64,000 bases of DNA from Candidatus Latescibacterota bacterium (GTDB lineage: Bacteria; Latescibacterota; UBA2968; UBA8231): assembly GCA_965203355.1 (NCBI GenBank), contig OZ241889.1, positions 2,912,001-2,976,000 of the forward strand, in the 5' to 3' direction. Below the pieces are notes generated by a model that did not search any database, was not told the DNA's origin, and was given only the letters and a program-made list of their open reading frames with translations. This document shows positions 38,758-48,112 of the stretch, one piece after another (the first letter of the stretch is position 1; each line of letters starts with the position of its first letter). Both the position numbers and the translations under genes were made by a program.

Positions 38758-39633
38758 TTAGCCCGGCGCGTCTAAGTAGGAAGACAAGAGGCGCTCGGCG
38801 TTTTGGTAGGCGATCTTGTCAAAGGCTTCCGCAGGTAGCTCGAGGGTGCGCAGAAAATCCATTAGCCGAGTGTCAAAATAGTCCCGACCAAAGAGCAATT
38901 TGTCCTGAAATTCGAGGAGAAAATCGCGCCCGAAGTCCTGGTCCCTTTGCAGCGCACGCAAACCCGACCCGGCCGACAGATCGGCATAGAGGTTGCGGTA
39001 CTGGCGCATCATCGGAGCCAAGTGCCCATTGGGCAACACCGGCCCGCACGGATAGCTCTCCTTGGCGTAGCGATCGTCCCCGGAAATATGGGCCCAAAAC
39101 CCAGGGGCATGACCGATAAAGACCGTCTGCGGGCAAGCTACAATCGCCCGTTCAAGTGCGTCAAGGCTGCCGCCGTACCACCAGTTGGGGCGCGGATAAT
39201 CGCCGCGGCCGTGGTCAATTGGATAGTCGAGATGGATCGTAATGGGCAAGCGCATGGCACCGCAAGCCTCGTACAGGCGCAGCGCGTCTGGATCGTCAAA
39301 CGGCAGGCGCACCTTCAGCTCGGAGGCGACTTGCACGCCATGGATCTCGACTGCGGCCCGGAGCCGATCTATCGCGTCGGGCCGCTTGGGATGCGGCATA
39401 TAGCCGAGGACAAAGCGCTCGGGTGCTTCCCGGCCAACGGCCAGCACATCTTCGAAGGGAATCCCCCAGCCCGTAGGAGGCAACACCGAGTGATACGAAG
39501 GCGAGTATTCATCTGCCGGGACTTCCCACGAGAAAAGCCACATCTGGTCAATGCCTTGCTCGTCCATGTTCCGCAGGATTTTGGCCGCGTTAAACCCGTG
39601 CCAATTGGGGTGATTATGTGCGTCAATAAGCAT
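38758..39633 (-). CDS. Amidohydrolase_2-family metallohydrolase
   Basis: IDAHNH, FIGHAPG, LYADLSA, LLFGRD. Confidence 0.9.
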   Translation of the reverse strand: MLIDAHNHPNWHGFNAAKILRNMDEQGIDQMWLFSWEVPADEYSPSYHSVLPPTGWGIPFEDVLAVGREAPERFVLGYMPHPKRPDAIDRLRAAVEIHGVQVASELKVRLPFDDPDALRLYEACGAMRLPITIHLDYPIDHGRGDYPRPNWWYGGSLDALERAIVACPQTVFIGHAPGFWAHISGDDRYAKESYPCGPVLPNGHLAPMMRQYRNLYADLSAGSGLRALQRDQDFGRDFLLEFQDKLLFGRDYFDTRLMDFLRTLELPAEAFDKIAYQNAERLLSSYLDAPG

Positions 39634-39639
39634 TCGTTA

Positions 39640-39668
39640 ATGATATTCTTGCGGGCGAAAACTGTCAA
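39640..39668 (-). promoter_or_regulatory. Sigma-70 promoter placing +1 at the ATG (leaderless candidate)
   Basis: Minus strand TTGACA-N17-TATCAT-N6-ATG; no Shine-Dalgarno sequence. Confidence 0.65.
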
Positions 39669-39689
39669 GATAAAGCGCAGTTTATCTAG

Positions 39690-39727
39690 GGTGAATAGTA
39701 ATAATTATTATTGATTTATAATTTTTA
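39690..39727 (+). promoter_or_regulatory. Candidate tandem ARG boxes upstream of argG
   Basis: AT-rich island with TGAATAGTAATAAT (39692) and TGATTTATAATTTT (39712), 20 bp apart. Confidence 0.45.
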
Positions 39728-39763
39728 TTTATTATATTATGATCTATTCAAAAAGGAGCAACC

Positions 39764-41023
39764 ATGAATATCGCCGATCTAAAAGGGCAGAAGGTCATGC
39801 TGGCCGCATCCGGTGGCCTCGATAGCTGTACCATCACTCATTGGCTGCAAGCCCAAGGCCTAGCGGTCGTCACCTATACCGCCGATCTAGGCCAACCCGA
39901 CGAGGAGCGCATTGAAGACATACAAAGCCGGATGCAGGCTTGTGGAGCCGCTGCGATGCTCCTCGACGACCGCAGAGAGGCTATCTGCCAAGCTGGTATC
40001 CAACTCGTCCAAGCTCAAGCCCGCTACGAGGGGGGCTATTGGAACACCACCGGCATCGCCCGGCACGTGACGGTGGCTGGCATGTTGTCCCACATGCAGG
40101 AGCGCGGCATCCAAATCATGGCGCACGGAGCCACCGGGCGGGGCAACGATCAAGTCCGCTTCCAACTGGCCGCGCAAATGCTCGCCCCGCAGATCGGAGT
40201 ATACGCCCCCTGGCGCGACCCGGCTTTCTTGCAAAACTTTGGCGGGCGCAGCGAAATGATCGCTTACTGTCAGGGACACGGCCTGCCCATAACCGCCACC
40301 CCAGACAAGCCCTACTCCACGGACGCCAACATGCTCGGACTGACGCACGAGGCCGGCCAGCTCGAAGCCTTAGATACCGCGACCAGCCTAATCGCGCCCG
40401 GCATGGGCTGTTTTCCGCCGCAGGCTCCAGACGCAGCAGAGGTTTTTACCGTGCGCTTTGAACGAGGCGTCCCAATCGCCATCAACGGCCACGCCGTCGG
40501 CCCGGTCGAGGCCATTGAGCAGAGCAACGCCATCGCTGGGCGGCACGGGGTCGGCATTGGCTTACACGCCGTGGAAAACCGCTTTGTCGGCGTCAAGTCG
40601 CGCGGCGTCTATGAAGCACCGGCCTTAGAGCTACTTGGCCAGTGCTACGACTACTTGCTCCAACTCATTCTCGATCGCCGCGCCCGGCGGATCTTTACCG
40701 TTGTATCCGGGTTTATTGCCGAGCAAATCTACCAAGGTTATTGGTTTGACACGGCGACTCAAGCGAGTTGGAAGCTCATCGAGCATTTTAATCAGTTGGC
40801 GACTGGGACCATCGCGGTCTCGCTCTACAAGGGTCAAGTCGCCTTTTGTGCAGCCAGCGACGCCCCCCACTCGCTCTACAGCGAGGACACCGCTTCCATG
40901 GAGGCCATCGGCGATTTCGACCACCGCGACTCCGAGGGCTTTCTCGGCGTCTTGGGCGTCAGCGCCCGCGCACTTCATCAGGCTGGGCAGACGGCGCAAC
41001 CCAGTGGCGATACAGCGGCTTGA
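39764..41023 (+). CDS. argG: Argininosuccinate synthase
   Basis: ASGGLDS, HGATGRGNDQVRF, YSTDANML, ENRFVGVKSRGVYEAP. Confidence 0.96.
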   Translation: MNIADLKGQKVMLAASGGLDSCTITHWLQAQGLAVVTYTADLGQPDEERIEDIQSRMQACGAAAMLLDDRREAICQAGIQLVQAQARYEGGYWNTTGIARHVTVAGMLSHMQERGIQIMAHGATGRGNDQVRFQLAAQMLAPQIGVYAPWRDPAFLQNFGGRSEMIAYCQGHGLPITATPDKPYSTDANMLGLTHEAGQLEALDTATSLIAPGMGCFPPQAPDAAEVFTVRFERGVPIAINGHAVGPVEAIEQSNAIAGRHGVGIGLHAVENRFVGVKSRGVYEAPALELLGQCYDYLLQLILDRRARRIFTVVSGFIAEQIYQGYWFDTATQASWKLIEHFNQLATGTIAVSLYKGQVAFCAASDAPHSLYSEDTASMEAIGDFDHRDSEGFLGVLGVSARALHQAGQTAQPSGDTAA

Positions 41024-41121
41024 CCACTATACCAAAACGCGGCCGGCCGCTCCTTCAATCTGGCACTTGCTCAATAATGCAAAAGCCATCGCGCTCAATG
41101 CGCTGTTTGTACGTAGCCACT

Positions 41122-42021
41122 TCACCCTCGGAGGAGCGGTGCGACGCCCGACCAAATGACCTCCAATTCGGTCAGCGCGTCGCCATCGAGGACGGGCACG
41201 GGTGCCCGGCAGACCGTCGATCCAATCAAGCCGCGCTTTTGCAAAATCCACTTGTAGATCGCAATCCCGTAGAGCCGCTCGTAGTTCATCAGCGGCAGGA
41301 GCTGATAGAAGTACGCCCGCGCTGTCTCGTCGTCTCCCGCTTCAAGGGCATCCCAAATCGCCGTCATAGCGTCGGTCACGTGACAGCCCGGCATATTGCC
41401 GCAGGCACCGCGACGATATTCGTCGAGCAAATAGACGCCCCCTTTGCCACCCAAGACGCCCTTGCAGGCCGCGCCTGCCAGAGCCAGCGTACGGCTGACC
41501 TGCCAAGGCTCGGGAACAGTCTCTTCCTTGATGTAATCGACGCCTGCTAGTTCGCGGCACATCCGCCCCAACAGCTCCCCGCTCATGGGCGTTCCGACCG
41601 GCGCGTCGAAATTCTGTACGCAGATCGGGACCTCAACTGCGTCTGCCAACTGCTGGTAAAAAGCGTAGCAGCCTTCTGGGCCAACGCGCAGTACGTGCGG
41701 CGGCATGGACATGATCCCGTTGGCTCCTGCGGCTTGGGCAAACTGAGCCAGGGCCACGGCTGGCAGGACATGGCCAGAGGTGACCGAGGCCACTACGGGT
41801 ACTCGGCCAGCGGCCGCAGCGACGACGCACTCGATCCAACGGCGGCGTTCCTCGTCGGCAAGGGTCGAAAATTCGCTAGCATTGGCTGGCCCCACTAAGC
41901 CCGTAGCACCCGCTTCAATACTGAAGGCGACCAAGTCCTGCAAGGCCGCTTCATCGAGCGCGTAGCTCTCGGTAAAGGGGGTCACTACAATCGGCATGAT
42001 TCCGCGCCACGTTTCAGTCAT
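41122..42021 (-). CDS. Dihydrodipicolinate synthase (DapA)-family aldolase/lyase
   Basis: GIMPIVVTPF, ANASEF, YIKEE Schiff-base Lys. Confidence 0.9.
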   Translation of the reverse strand: MTETWRGIMPIVVTPFTESYALDEAALQDLVAFSIEAGATGLVGPANASEFSTLADEERRRWIECVVAAAAGRVPVVASVTSGHVLPAVALAQFAQAAGANGIMSMPPHVLRVGPEGCYAFYQQLADAVEVPICVQNFDAPVGTPMSGELLGRMCRELAGVDYIKEETVPEPWQVSRTLALAGAACKGVLGGKGGVYLLDEYRRGACGNMPGCHVTDAMTAIWDALEAGDDETARAYFYQLLPLMNYERLYGIAIYKWILQKRGLIGSTVCRAPVPVLDGDALTELEVIWSGVAPLLRG

Positions 42022-42685
42022 GAATATCTCCTTTTAAGCCGAGCAAAGCGGGCACGGCAAAAAGCCCATCCACCACAAGGCGTTCGCCAAGTTCCAACCG
42101 CCGCCGACTCTGGTGGCCGGAAGACAGCAGGACGCAATGGACGCCGAGCGCAGCCGCCACCTCAATGTCGTGCAGAGTATCGCCGACGAGCAAAACTTCG
42201 TCACGCCGGCAGTCAAGGTCTACAAGGTGCCGATGTCCGCGCTCAATCTTCCCTTCCCCCAAGCCATTATCCACTCCGGCGACTGCGGTAAAGTGGGACC
42301 GCAACCCATAGTGATCGACCATTTCTTTAAGGTCCACTTCGTTGGAGGCCGATAAGAGGGATTGTCCGATCCCGTTGCGGCCCAGCGCGGCCAGCACTTC
42401 GCACGCTCCTTGGCGCAACCGGCATTCGCGGAGACGCTGGCCGTAGAGGATATTGAATTCGTTGCCCGTGGCCGCAAAGTCCTCGCGCTCGAAGTCAAAA
42501 CCTATGCGCTCGTAGTAAGCCCGCAGGGGAAACCCAAAGACCTCGCCGTATTCGCTCGGCGTGATCGGCGCAATCCCTCGGCGCGTCAAGAGTTCGTTGA
42601 CGATCTCGACGCACAGCCAAGCATCGTCCACCAAAGTGCCGTTCCAGTCCCAAATTACGTGGTGCGGCTTCATAGACAGCGGCAC
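42014..42685 (-). CDS. HAD-family hydrolase (alternative start at 42673)
   Basis: WDWNGTLVDD, LLSA, VGDTLHD. Confidence 0.92.
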   Translation of the reverse strand: MPLSMKPHHVIWDWNGTLVDDAWLCVEIVNELLTRRGIAPITPSEYGEVFGFPLRAYYERIGFDFEREDFAATGNEFNILYGQRLRECRLRQGACEVLAALGRNGIGQSLLSASNEVDLKEMVDHYGLRSHFTAVAGVDNGLGEGKIERGHRHLVDLDCRRDEVLLVGDTLHDIEVAAALGVHCVLLSSGHQSRRRLELGERLVVDGLFAVPALLGLKGDIHD

Positions 42686-43429
42686 TTACTCTTTGTAGGC
42701 GACTACGCGCAGACGCCAGTAGTCGGCGTACCAGCCTCCATCGCCGTACAATGCCGGGCGGACAGCCTCCTCCACGGCATCCCACAACTCTGTGCGCATC
42801 AACGGCGGAACGTCCTCTGTAAGCGTCTCGGCGAACATCTCCATCCAGTCGCGCAACCCGCTTTCTCCCGCTAGCGGCGTTGGGCGGGAAAAGTGGCTGG
42901 CATGAGCAACGCGCAGCCCAGCCTGCTCCACGAGCCGTGCGTACTCACCCAAACTGGGAAAATACCAAGGCAACTGCGGATAAAAGCCGCGCGCAGCCAA
43001 TTGATCGATCAGGCTCTGACTTATGGTAGCGATGTTCCGCTCGCCGCCTAGCTCGGCGACAAAACGCCCGCCCGGCCCCAGACAAGCGGCAATACACGCA
43101 AGTGCCGTTTCCGGTGGCTTGACCCAGTGCAGGGTTGCGTTAGAAAAGACCGCATCGAACGACTCGGCAAAGGAAAATTCGCGTACATCGCCGACGGCAA
43201 AGGACAGACTCGGGAACTGCTCGCGGGCAGCCTCGATCATCTCGGCCGACAAATCAATGCCAACGACCGCAGCCCCGGCTGCGGCAATCTGGGCACTCAG
43301 TTGCCCGGTGCCGCAGCCCAAGTCGAGGACGCGTTCTCCAGCTTGGGGGTCCAATACCTCCACCAAGTCGGCACCTGCGGCGGTGACATATTGATGTTTG
43401 GCTTGATAGCGCTTGGGATCTTGGAACAT
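42686..43429 (-). CDS. Class I SAM-dependent methyltransferase (trans-aconitate methyltransferase-like)
   Basis: VLDLGCGTG, FDAVFSNATLHW, ADYWRLR. Confidence 0.92.
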   Translation of the reverse strand: MFQDPKRYQAKHQYVTAAGADLVEVLDPQAGERVLDLGCGTGQLSAQIAAAGAAVVGIDLSAEMIEAAREQFPSLSFAVGDVREFSFAESFDAVFSNATLHWVKPPETALACIAACLGPGGRFVAELGGERNIATISQSLIDQLAARGFYPQLPWYFPSLGEYARLVEQAGLRVAHASHFSRPTPLAGESGLRDWMEMFAETLTEDVPPLMRTELWDAVEEAVRPALYGDGGWYADYWRLRVVAYKE

Positions 43430-43430
43430 A

Positions 43431-44420
43431 TTAGCCCAAGAGATCGGCGATGACCGCGCGCTCCTCTTTGAGCTCGTCTTCAGTCGCCTTGATCTTCGCC
43501 CGGGCGAAATCGCTCAATTCCAAGCCTTGCACGATCTCCCGACCGCCTTGGCCGTCGCTGCGAATGGGAAAGGAGAACATCAACCCCTCGTCCATCCCGT
43601 AGCTGCCGTCCGAATAGACGCCAGCCGAGAAAAAGTCGCCCGCTGGCGTGGTGCTCTCCACGCTGACGATGTGGTCGAGCGCGGCATTGGCAGCCGACGC
43701 AGCCGACGACAAGCCGCGGGCTTCAATGACAGCCGCGCCGCGCTGCTGGACGATTTGGATGAATTCCTCGCGCAACCAAGCGTGGTGGCCTATGACGTCG
43801 TGCGCTGGACGCCCTTCAATGCGCGCATTTTCGGCATCCGGGTACTGCGTGGCACTGTGGTTGCCCCAGATGGCCATATGGGTCACCGCCGAAACCTTGA
43901 CGCCAGCCTTTTGGGCAAGCTGGGCTTGGGCGCGGTTTTGATCCAGCCGGGTCATCGCATAGAAGCGGTCGCGGGGGATGCCTGCCTTCTGGCCGTGGCT
44001 CATGGCAATCAAGCCATTAGTATTGGCCGGATTGCCCACCACCAAGACCCGCACATCCGCGGCGGCTCGGGCCAGAGCCTGACCTTGGCCGACGAATATC
44101 GGGCCGTTTTCCCGAATCAAGTCGCCCCGCTCCATGCCGGGACCGCGTGGCTTGGAGCCAATCAGCAGCCCCCAATTAATCCCGTCAAAAGCCACTTCTG
44201 CTCGATCGGTAATTACGATGTCGTCGAGAAGCGGAAAGGCGCAGTCATCAAGTTCCATAACCACGCCCTCAAGGGCTTTGAGTGCCGGAGTAATCTCCAG
44301 CAAGTGCAGCGAAACCCGGACTTCGCGCCCGAAAACCTCGCCCGAAGCTAAACGCGGCAATATAGCGTAGCCGATTTGGCCAGCCGCCCCAGTGACGGCC
44401 ACTTTCACAGTTCGTGCCAT
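43431..44420 (-). CDS. mdh: Malate dehydrogenase
   Basis: [37 protein letters not shown]. Confidence 0.97.
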   Translation of the reverse strand: MARTVKVAVTGAAGQIGYAILPRLASGEVFGREVRVSLHLLEITPALKALEGVVMELDDCAFPLLDDIVITDRAEVAFDGINWGLLIGSKPRGPGMERGDLIRENGPIFVGQGQALARAAADVRVLVVGNPANTNGLIAMSHGQKAGIPRDRFYAMTRLDQNRAQAQLAQKAGVKVSAVTHMAIWGNHSATQYPDAENARIEGRPAHDVIGHHAWLREEFIQIVQQRGAAVIEARGLSSAASAANAALDHIVSVESTTPAGDFFSAGVYSDGSYGMDEGLMFSFPIRSDGQGGREIVQGLELSDFARAKIKATEDELKEERAVIADLLG

Positions 44421-44558
44421 GTATTCCTCCTAAATAAGGCAGTTTTTAGACAGATAAAATCTGCCAAAAAAAATCGCTCTGTGCAATGCGAGCCCAGCCC
44501 TTGCTCCCACCTTGGCCGACAGTTATTCTCTATGATTCCAACACACAGCCCATAGCCC

Positions 44559-45722
44559 ATGAGCGAAAGGACGGCCATTATGAGCGACGGCTTTGATCTC
44601 ATCATCCAAGGGGGGCATCTGATTGATCCCCAAAATGACCTCAACGGCCCAGCCGATATCGCCATTAAGGACGGGCGAGTCGCTGCGGTAGCCGACCAAA
44701 TTGAGCCCAGTTCAGCAAAGGTCATCAATGTGGCCGGCCTCTATGTCACCCCAGGCTTAATCGATATCCACGTCCACGTCTATGGAGGGTATCAGGGCTG
44801 GCTCTTCCCAGACCAGCACGCTCTGCCCTACGGCGTGACCACCGTAGTAGATACAGGCGGCGCTGGATGGAAGGATTTTGCCGATTTCAAGCGTACCATC
44901 ATTGACCCCGCTCAGACCCGCGTCTTGGCTTTCGTCAATATCGTCGGCGCGGGCATGATCGGTGCTCCCGAACAAGACGTCAGCGAAATGGACCCCGCGC
45001 TCTGCGCCGCGGCGATTGAGCAGTACCGGGAACACGTCGTCGGAGCCAAGTCGGCCCACTTCGGCGGCCCGGGTTGGGAGTCGGCAGGTGGCGCAATCGA
45101 GGCGGCGCGACAGAGCGATTCCATCGCCATGATCGACTTTGCCCCCCGCCCCACCCGCACGTACGAGGAATTGCTCGAGCGCATGAGTCCAGGGGACATC
45201 CACACGCACCTCTATGCCGCCCACATCCCCCTACTCAACGCCGACACAAAAGTAGCAGACTACGTGCGCCAAGCTCGGCAGCGTGGCATCGTCTTTGACA
45301 CGGGCCATGGCAACGGCTCCTTCTGGTTTCGCATTGCCGTGCCCGCCATGGCACAAAATTTTCCCCCGGACACCATAAGTACAGATCTACACAAATCCAG
45401 TCGCATGTTGCCCAACGCCACCATGCCCATAACTATGTCCAAATTCCTGAACCTCGGCATGTCTCTCCAAGAGGTCGTCTATCGCTCGACGTGCAGACCA
45501 GCCGAGGTAATCAGGCACCCCCGGCTAGGACATCTCAGTATCGGAGCGGAAGCCGACCTAGCGGCTTTTGCCCTACACGAAGGGGATTTTGCCTTTGTCG
45601 ATTCGGGCCGAACGCGCATGAAGGGGCGACAAAAACTCGAATGCGAGCTAACGTTGAGAGCGGGCCAAGTCGTCTGGGATCTAAATGGCCGTAGCTTAGT
45701 GGATTGGGACGAGGCTGGCTAA
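44559..45722 (+). CDS. Amidohydrolase/deacetylase-family metallohydrolase (dihydroorotase-like)
   Basis: PGLIDIHVH, GDIHTH, DTGHGNGSF, ISTDLH. Confidence 0.9.
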   Translation: MSERTAIMSDGFDLIIQGGHLIDPQNDLNGPADIAIKDGRVAAVADQIEPSSAKVINVAGLYVTPGLIDIHVHVYGGYQGWLFPDQHALPYGVTTVVDTGGAGWKDFADFKRTIIDPAQTRVLAFVNIVGAGMIGAPEQDVSEMDPALCAAAIEQYREHVVGAKSAHFGGPGWESAGGAIEAARQSDSIAMIDFAPRPTRTYEELLERMSPGDIHTHLYAAHIPLLNADTKVADYVRQARQRGIVFDTGHGNGSFWFRIAVPAMAQNFPPDTISTDLHKSSRMLPNATMPITMSKFLNLGMSLQEVVYRSTCRPAEVIRHPRLGHLSIGAEADLAAFALHEGDFAFVDSGRTRMKGRQKLECELTLRAGQVVWDLNGRSLVDWDEAG

Positions 45723-45766
45723 TATCGCCGCCTCACTTAGATATGTGCAAACCCCTTGCAGACCCC

Positions 45767-45795
45767 TTGACGCAGCACTGCTCCTTATGTATAAT
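45767..45795 (+). promoter_or_regulatory. Near-consensus sigma-70 promoter of the sigma factor gene
   Basis: TTGACG-N17-TATAAT. Confidence 0.75.
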
Positions 45796-45916
45796 CAATT
45801 AGTTTTGCCAATACTGCAATTCTACGCTTACCATATGCACCGAGGCATTTAGTGCTGTGGCGAGAGACAAAACCTGACGGGCAGATAGCCCTTTGTAGGC
45901 AAAGACGAGAGGCTCT

Positions 45917-46756
45917 ATGCACAATCTGCACGACGAAGAAAACACCCTGAGACTCTATTTCGACGATATTGCTGAGTCCACGCCCCTTTCGAGAGAACGC
46001 GAAGTAGAACTGGCCGACCGCATCAAAAATGGCGATATGAACGCTCGTGAAGAAATGATTAGTGCCAATTTGCGGTTTGTCGTCGATGTCGCCAAGAAGT
46101 ACCAAAACCGCGGATTGTCTCTATCCGACCTGATTAGTGCCGGCAATCTCGGCCTCATCACGGCGGCTGACCGCTTCGATGGCACCAAGGGCTACAAATT
46201 CATTTCATACGCGGTTTGGTGGATCCGTCAGTCCATTCTCCAAACTCTCGCCGAACACGTGCGCACCGTGCGTCTCCCACTCAACAAGGTCAGTTTGCTC
46301 AAGGATATTTCCAAAGCCTCGCGCAAATTGGGGCAGCATCGCGCCAGTGAGCCTGGCATAGAGGAAATCGCCGCGGAACTCGAAGTCCCAGCCGAAGAGG
46401 TTCTAGAGACCATCCTCAGCGCCCGCTCCGTGTGTTCGCTCGACGAATCCTTCACCGACGATGACGAGCGCAGCCTACTCAACACCTTGGCCGACAATAC
46501 GGCTGCAGCCCCAGATGCCGACATCCTGAGCGAATCGGCCCGGGAACAGCTCGAGACAGCTTTGGAAACCCTTGAGGAGCGCGAATTGCGCATTATCAGG
46601 CTCTATTTTGGCCTCGACGGCAATGAAGCCCTGACGCTTGAGGAGATCGGCGACATGATGAATCTCACGCGCGAGCGCATCCGCCAGCTCAAAGAGCGGG
46701 CACTCAGCAAACTGCGCCATCCTTCGCGGCATCAGGTGCTTAAAACGCTAGCTTAG
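45917..46756 (+). CDS. RpoD/SigA-family sigma-70 factor lacking region 1.1
   Basis: ANLRFVVDVAKKY, KFISYAVWWIRQSI, TRERIRQL. Confidence 0.94.
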   Translation: MHNLHDEENTLRLYFDDIAESTPLSREREVELADRIKNGDMNAREEMISANLRFVVDVAKKYQNRGLSLSDLISAGNLGLITAADRFDGTKGYKFISYAVWWIRQSILQTLAEHVRTVRLPLNKVSLLKDISKASRKLGQHRASEPGIEEIAAELEVPAEEVLETILSARSVCSLDESFTDDDERSLLNTLADNTAAAPDADILSESAREQLETALETLEERELRIIRLYFGLDGNEALTLEEIGDMMNLTRERIRQLKERALSKLRHPSRHQVLKTLA

Positions 46757-46775
46757 CGGCACCTGAAAATTTGCC

Positions 46776-46861
46776 GGGGGGATACCGAAGCGGTCAAACG
46801 GGGCAGACTGTAAATCTGTTGGCTTATGCCTTCGTAGGTTCGAATCCTGCTCCCCCCACCA
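46776..46861 (+). tRNA. tRNA-Tyr(GTA)
   Basis: GGGGGGA/TCCCCCC acceptor stem, CAGA-CTGTAAA-TCTG anticodon arm, long variable arm, encoded CCA. Confidence 0.96.
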
Positions 46862-46866
46862 TTACT

Positions 46867-46900
46867 AAAAAGGCCGTTCCCAGTAAGGAACGGCCTTTTT
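46867..46900. terminator. Bidirectional intrinsic terminator
   Basis: AAAAAGGCCGTTCC-CAGTAA-GGAACGGCCTTTTT. Confidence 0.9.
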
Positions 46901-46922
46901 AATTGCAATATCCAAGCGCATC

Positions 46923-48053
46923 TTATTGCCCCTTTTCCACGATCCGGTCCAGTTCCACGCTCAAGGCGTCAGCCAGCAAAAACCCCGCCCTAGTCAAACG
47001 CAATCTCTGGCCTTCAAGCGCGGCGTATCCAACTTTCTCCAGAGCGACAAAGTGCCTGCTGCTCTGTACGCGATCTATTTCTTCCTCGGTCAATGCAACC
47101 CCCTCTATCGTGCGCAGACCCAACCACAGACGTTCTCTGCGAGCCGTGTCCGGGACTATGGTCTCCTCTCCTTCACACGGCGACCGGCCTTGGTACATAG
47201 CGTCGAGATAGGTATTGATATCTCGCGTATTCCAAAATCGCTTCCCACCAATAAAGCTATGCGCCCCAAGCCCAACACCTAAGTAAGGAACTCCTGTCCA
47301 GTATCCCCAATTATGGCACGAGCGATATCCAAGACGGGCGTAGTTTGAAATCTCGTAGTGTTCATAGCCAGCCGCCACTAGCTGTGCATCCGTCCACTCC
47401 AAGGTGCGAGCCTGTCCGTCGTCCGATACAGGTTTTAGCAGGTCCTGATGCTGTCGTTGAGCGAAGATCGTGCCTTCTTCAATAGTAAGGCTATAGACCG
47501 CAAGATGCTCTGGAGCCAAAGCGATAGCCCGCTTGACGCTAAAGTGCCAATCGGCCTCTGAGGCTCTAGGTATATTGGCCACCAAGTCCAAGCTCACATT
47601 GGCGAAACCAGCCGCTCTGGCCGCTGCATACGCTCTTTCGACATCGGCTGCGCTATGTTGCCGACCCAAATGACGCAGATCGGCATCGCGAAAAGCCTGT
47701 GCGCCAATGCTGATGCGGTTGCACCCCAGTGCCTTTAGTCTTGCGAACTTCTCGCGATCAACGGTTCCAGGATTGACTTCAACGGAAATTTCCGCGTCTG
47801 AATGTAGCCCCAAATGCCGCTGAGTTGCCTCGAGCATCTGTCCGATTAGTGCCGGCTCGACTTGGCTGGGAGTACCCCCGCCGAAGAACACAGTCTCCAC
47901 CGGCCCTGACAAATGGGCCCAAGATTCGATTTCTCGGCAGATCGCTTCGGCATATAGGCCGTGGCGGTCTTCTTGGCCAACAACCGTAGCAAAGGCACAG
48001 TAGGGGCAGCGTTGGGGGCAAAACGGCACGTGAATATAGAGGCCCAATGCCAT
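46923..48053 (-). CDS. hemW: Radical SAM heme chaperone HemW
   Basis: LYIHVPFCPQRCPYCAF, FGGGTPS, HYEISNY; downstream of lepA. Confidence 0.9.
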   Translation of the reverse strand: MALGLYIHVPFCPQRCPYCAFATVVGQEDRHGLYAEAICREIESWAHLSGPVETVFFGGGTPSQVEPALIGQMLEATQRHLGLHSDAEISVEVNPGTVDREKFARLKALGCNRISIGAQAFRDADLRHLGRQHSAADVERAYAAARAAGFANVSLDLVANIPRASEADWHFSVKRAIALAPEHLAVYSLTIEEGTIFAQRQHQDLLKPVSDDGQARTLEWTDAQLVAAGYEHYEISNYARLGYRSCHNWGYWTGVPYLGVGLGAHSFIGGKRFWNTRDINTYLDAMYQGRSPCEGEETIVPDTARRERLWLGLRTIEGVALTEEEIDRVQSSRHFVALEKVGYAALEGQRLRLTRAGFLLADALSVELDRIVEKGQ

Positions 48054-48112
48054 TATTTGCTTTTTCGGGATTAGGGTACACAGGGCCGGGCAGTACGCCT
48101 CTTGCTCATAAA

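Noticed and set aside
43413-44351. 312-aa ORF antisense to mdh
   Set aside because: Fully overlaps a highly conserved gene; typical high-GC shadow ORF
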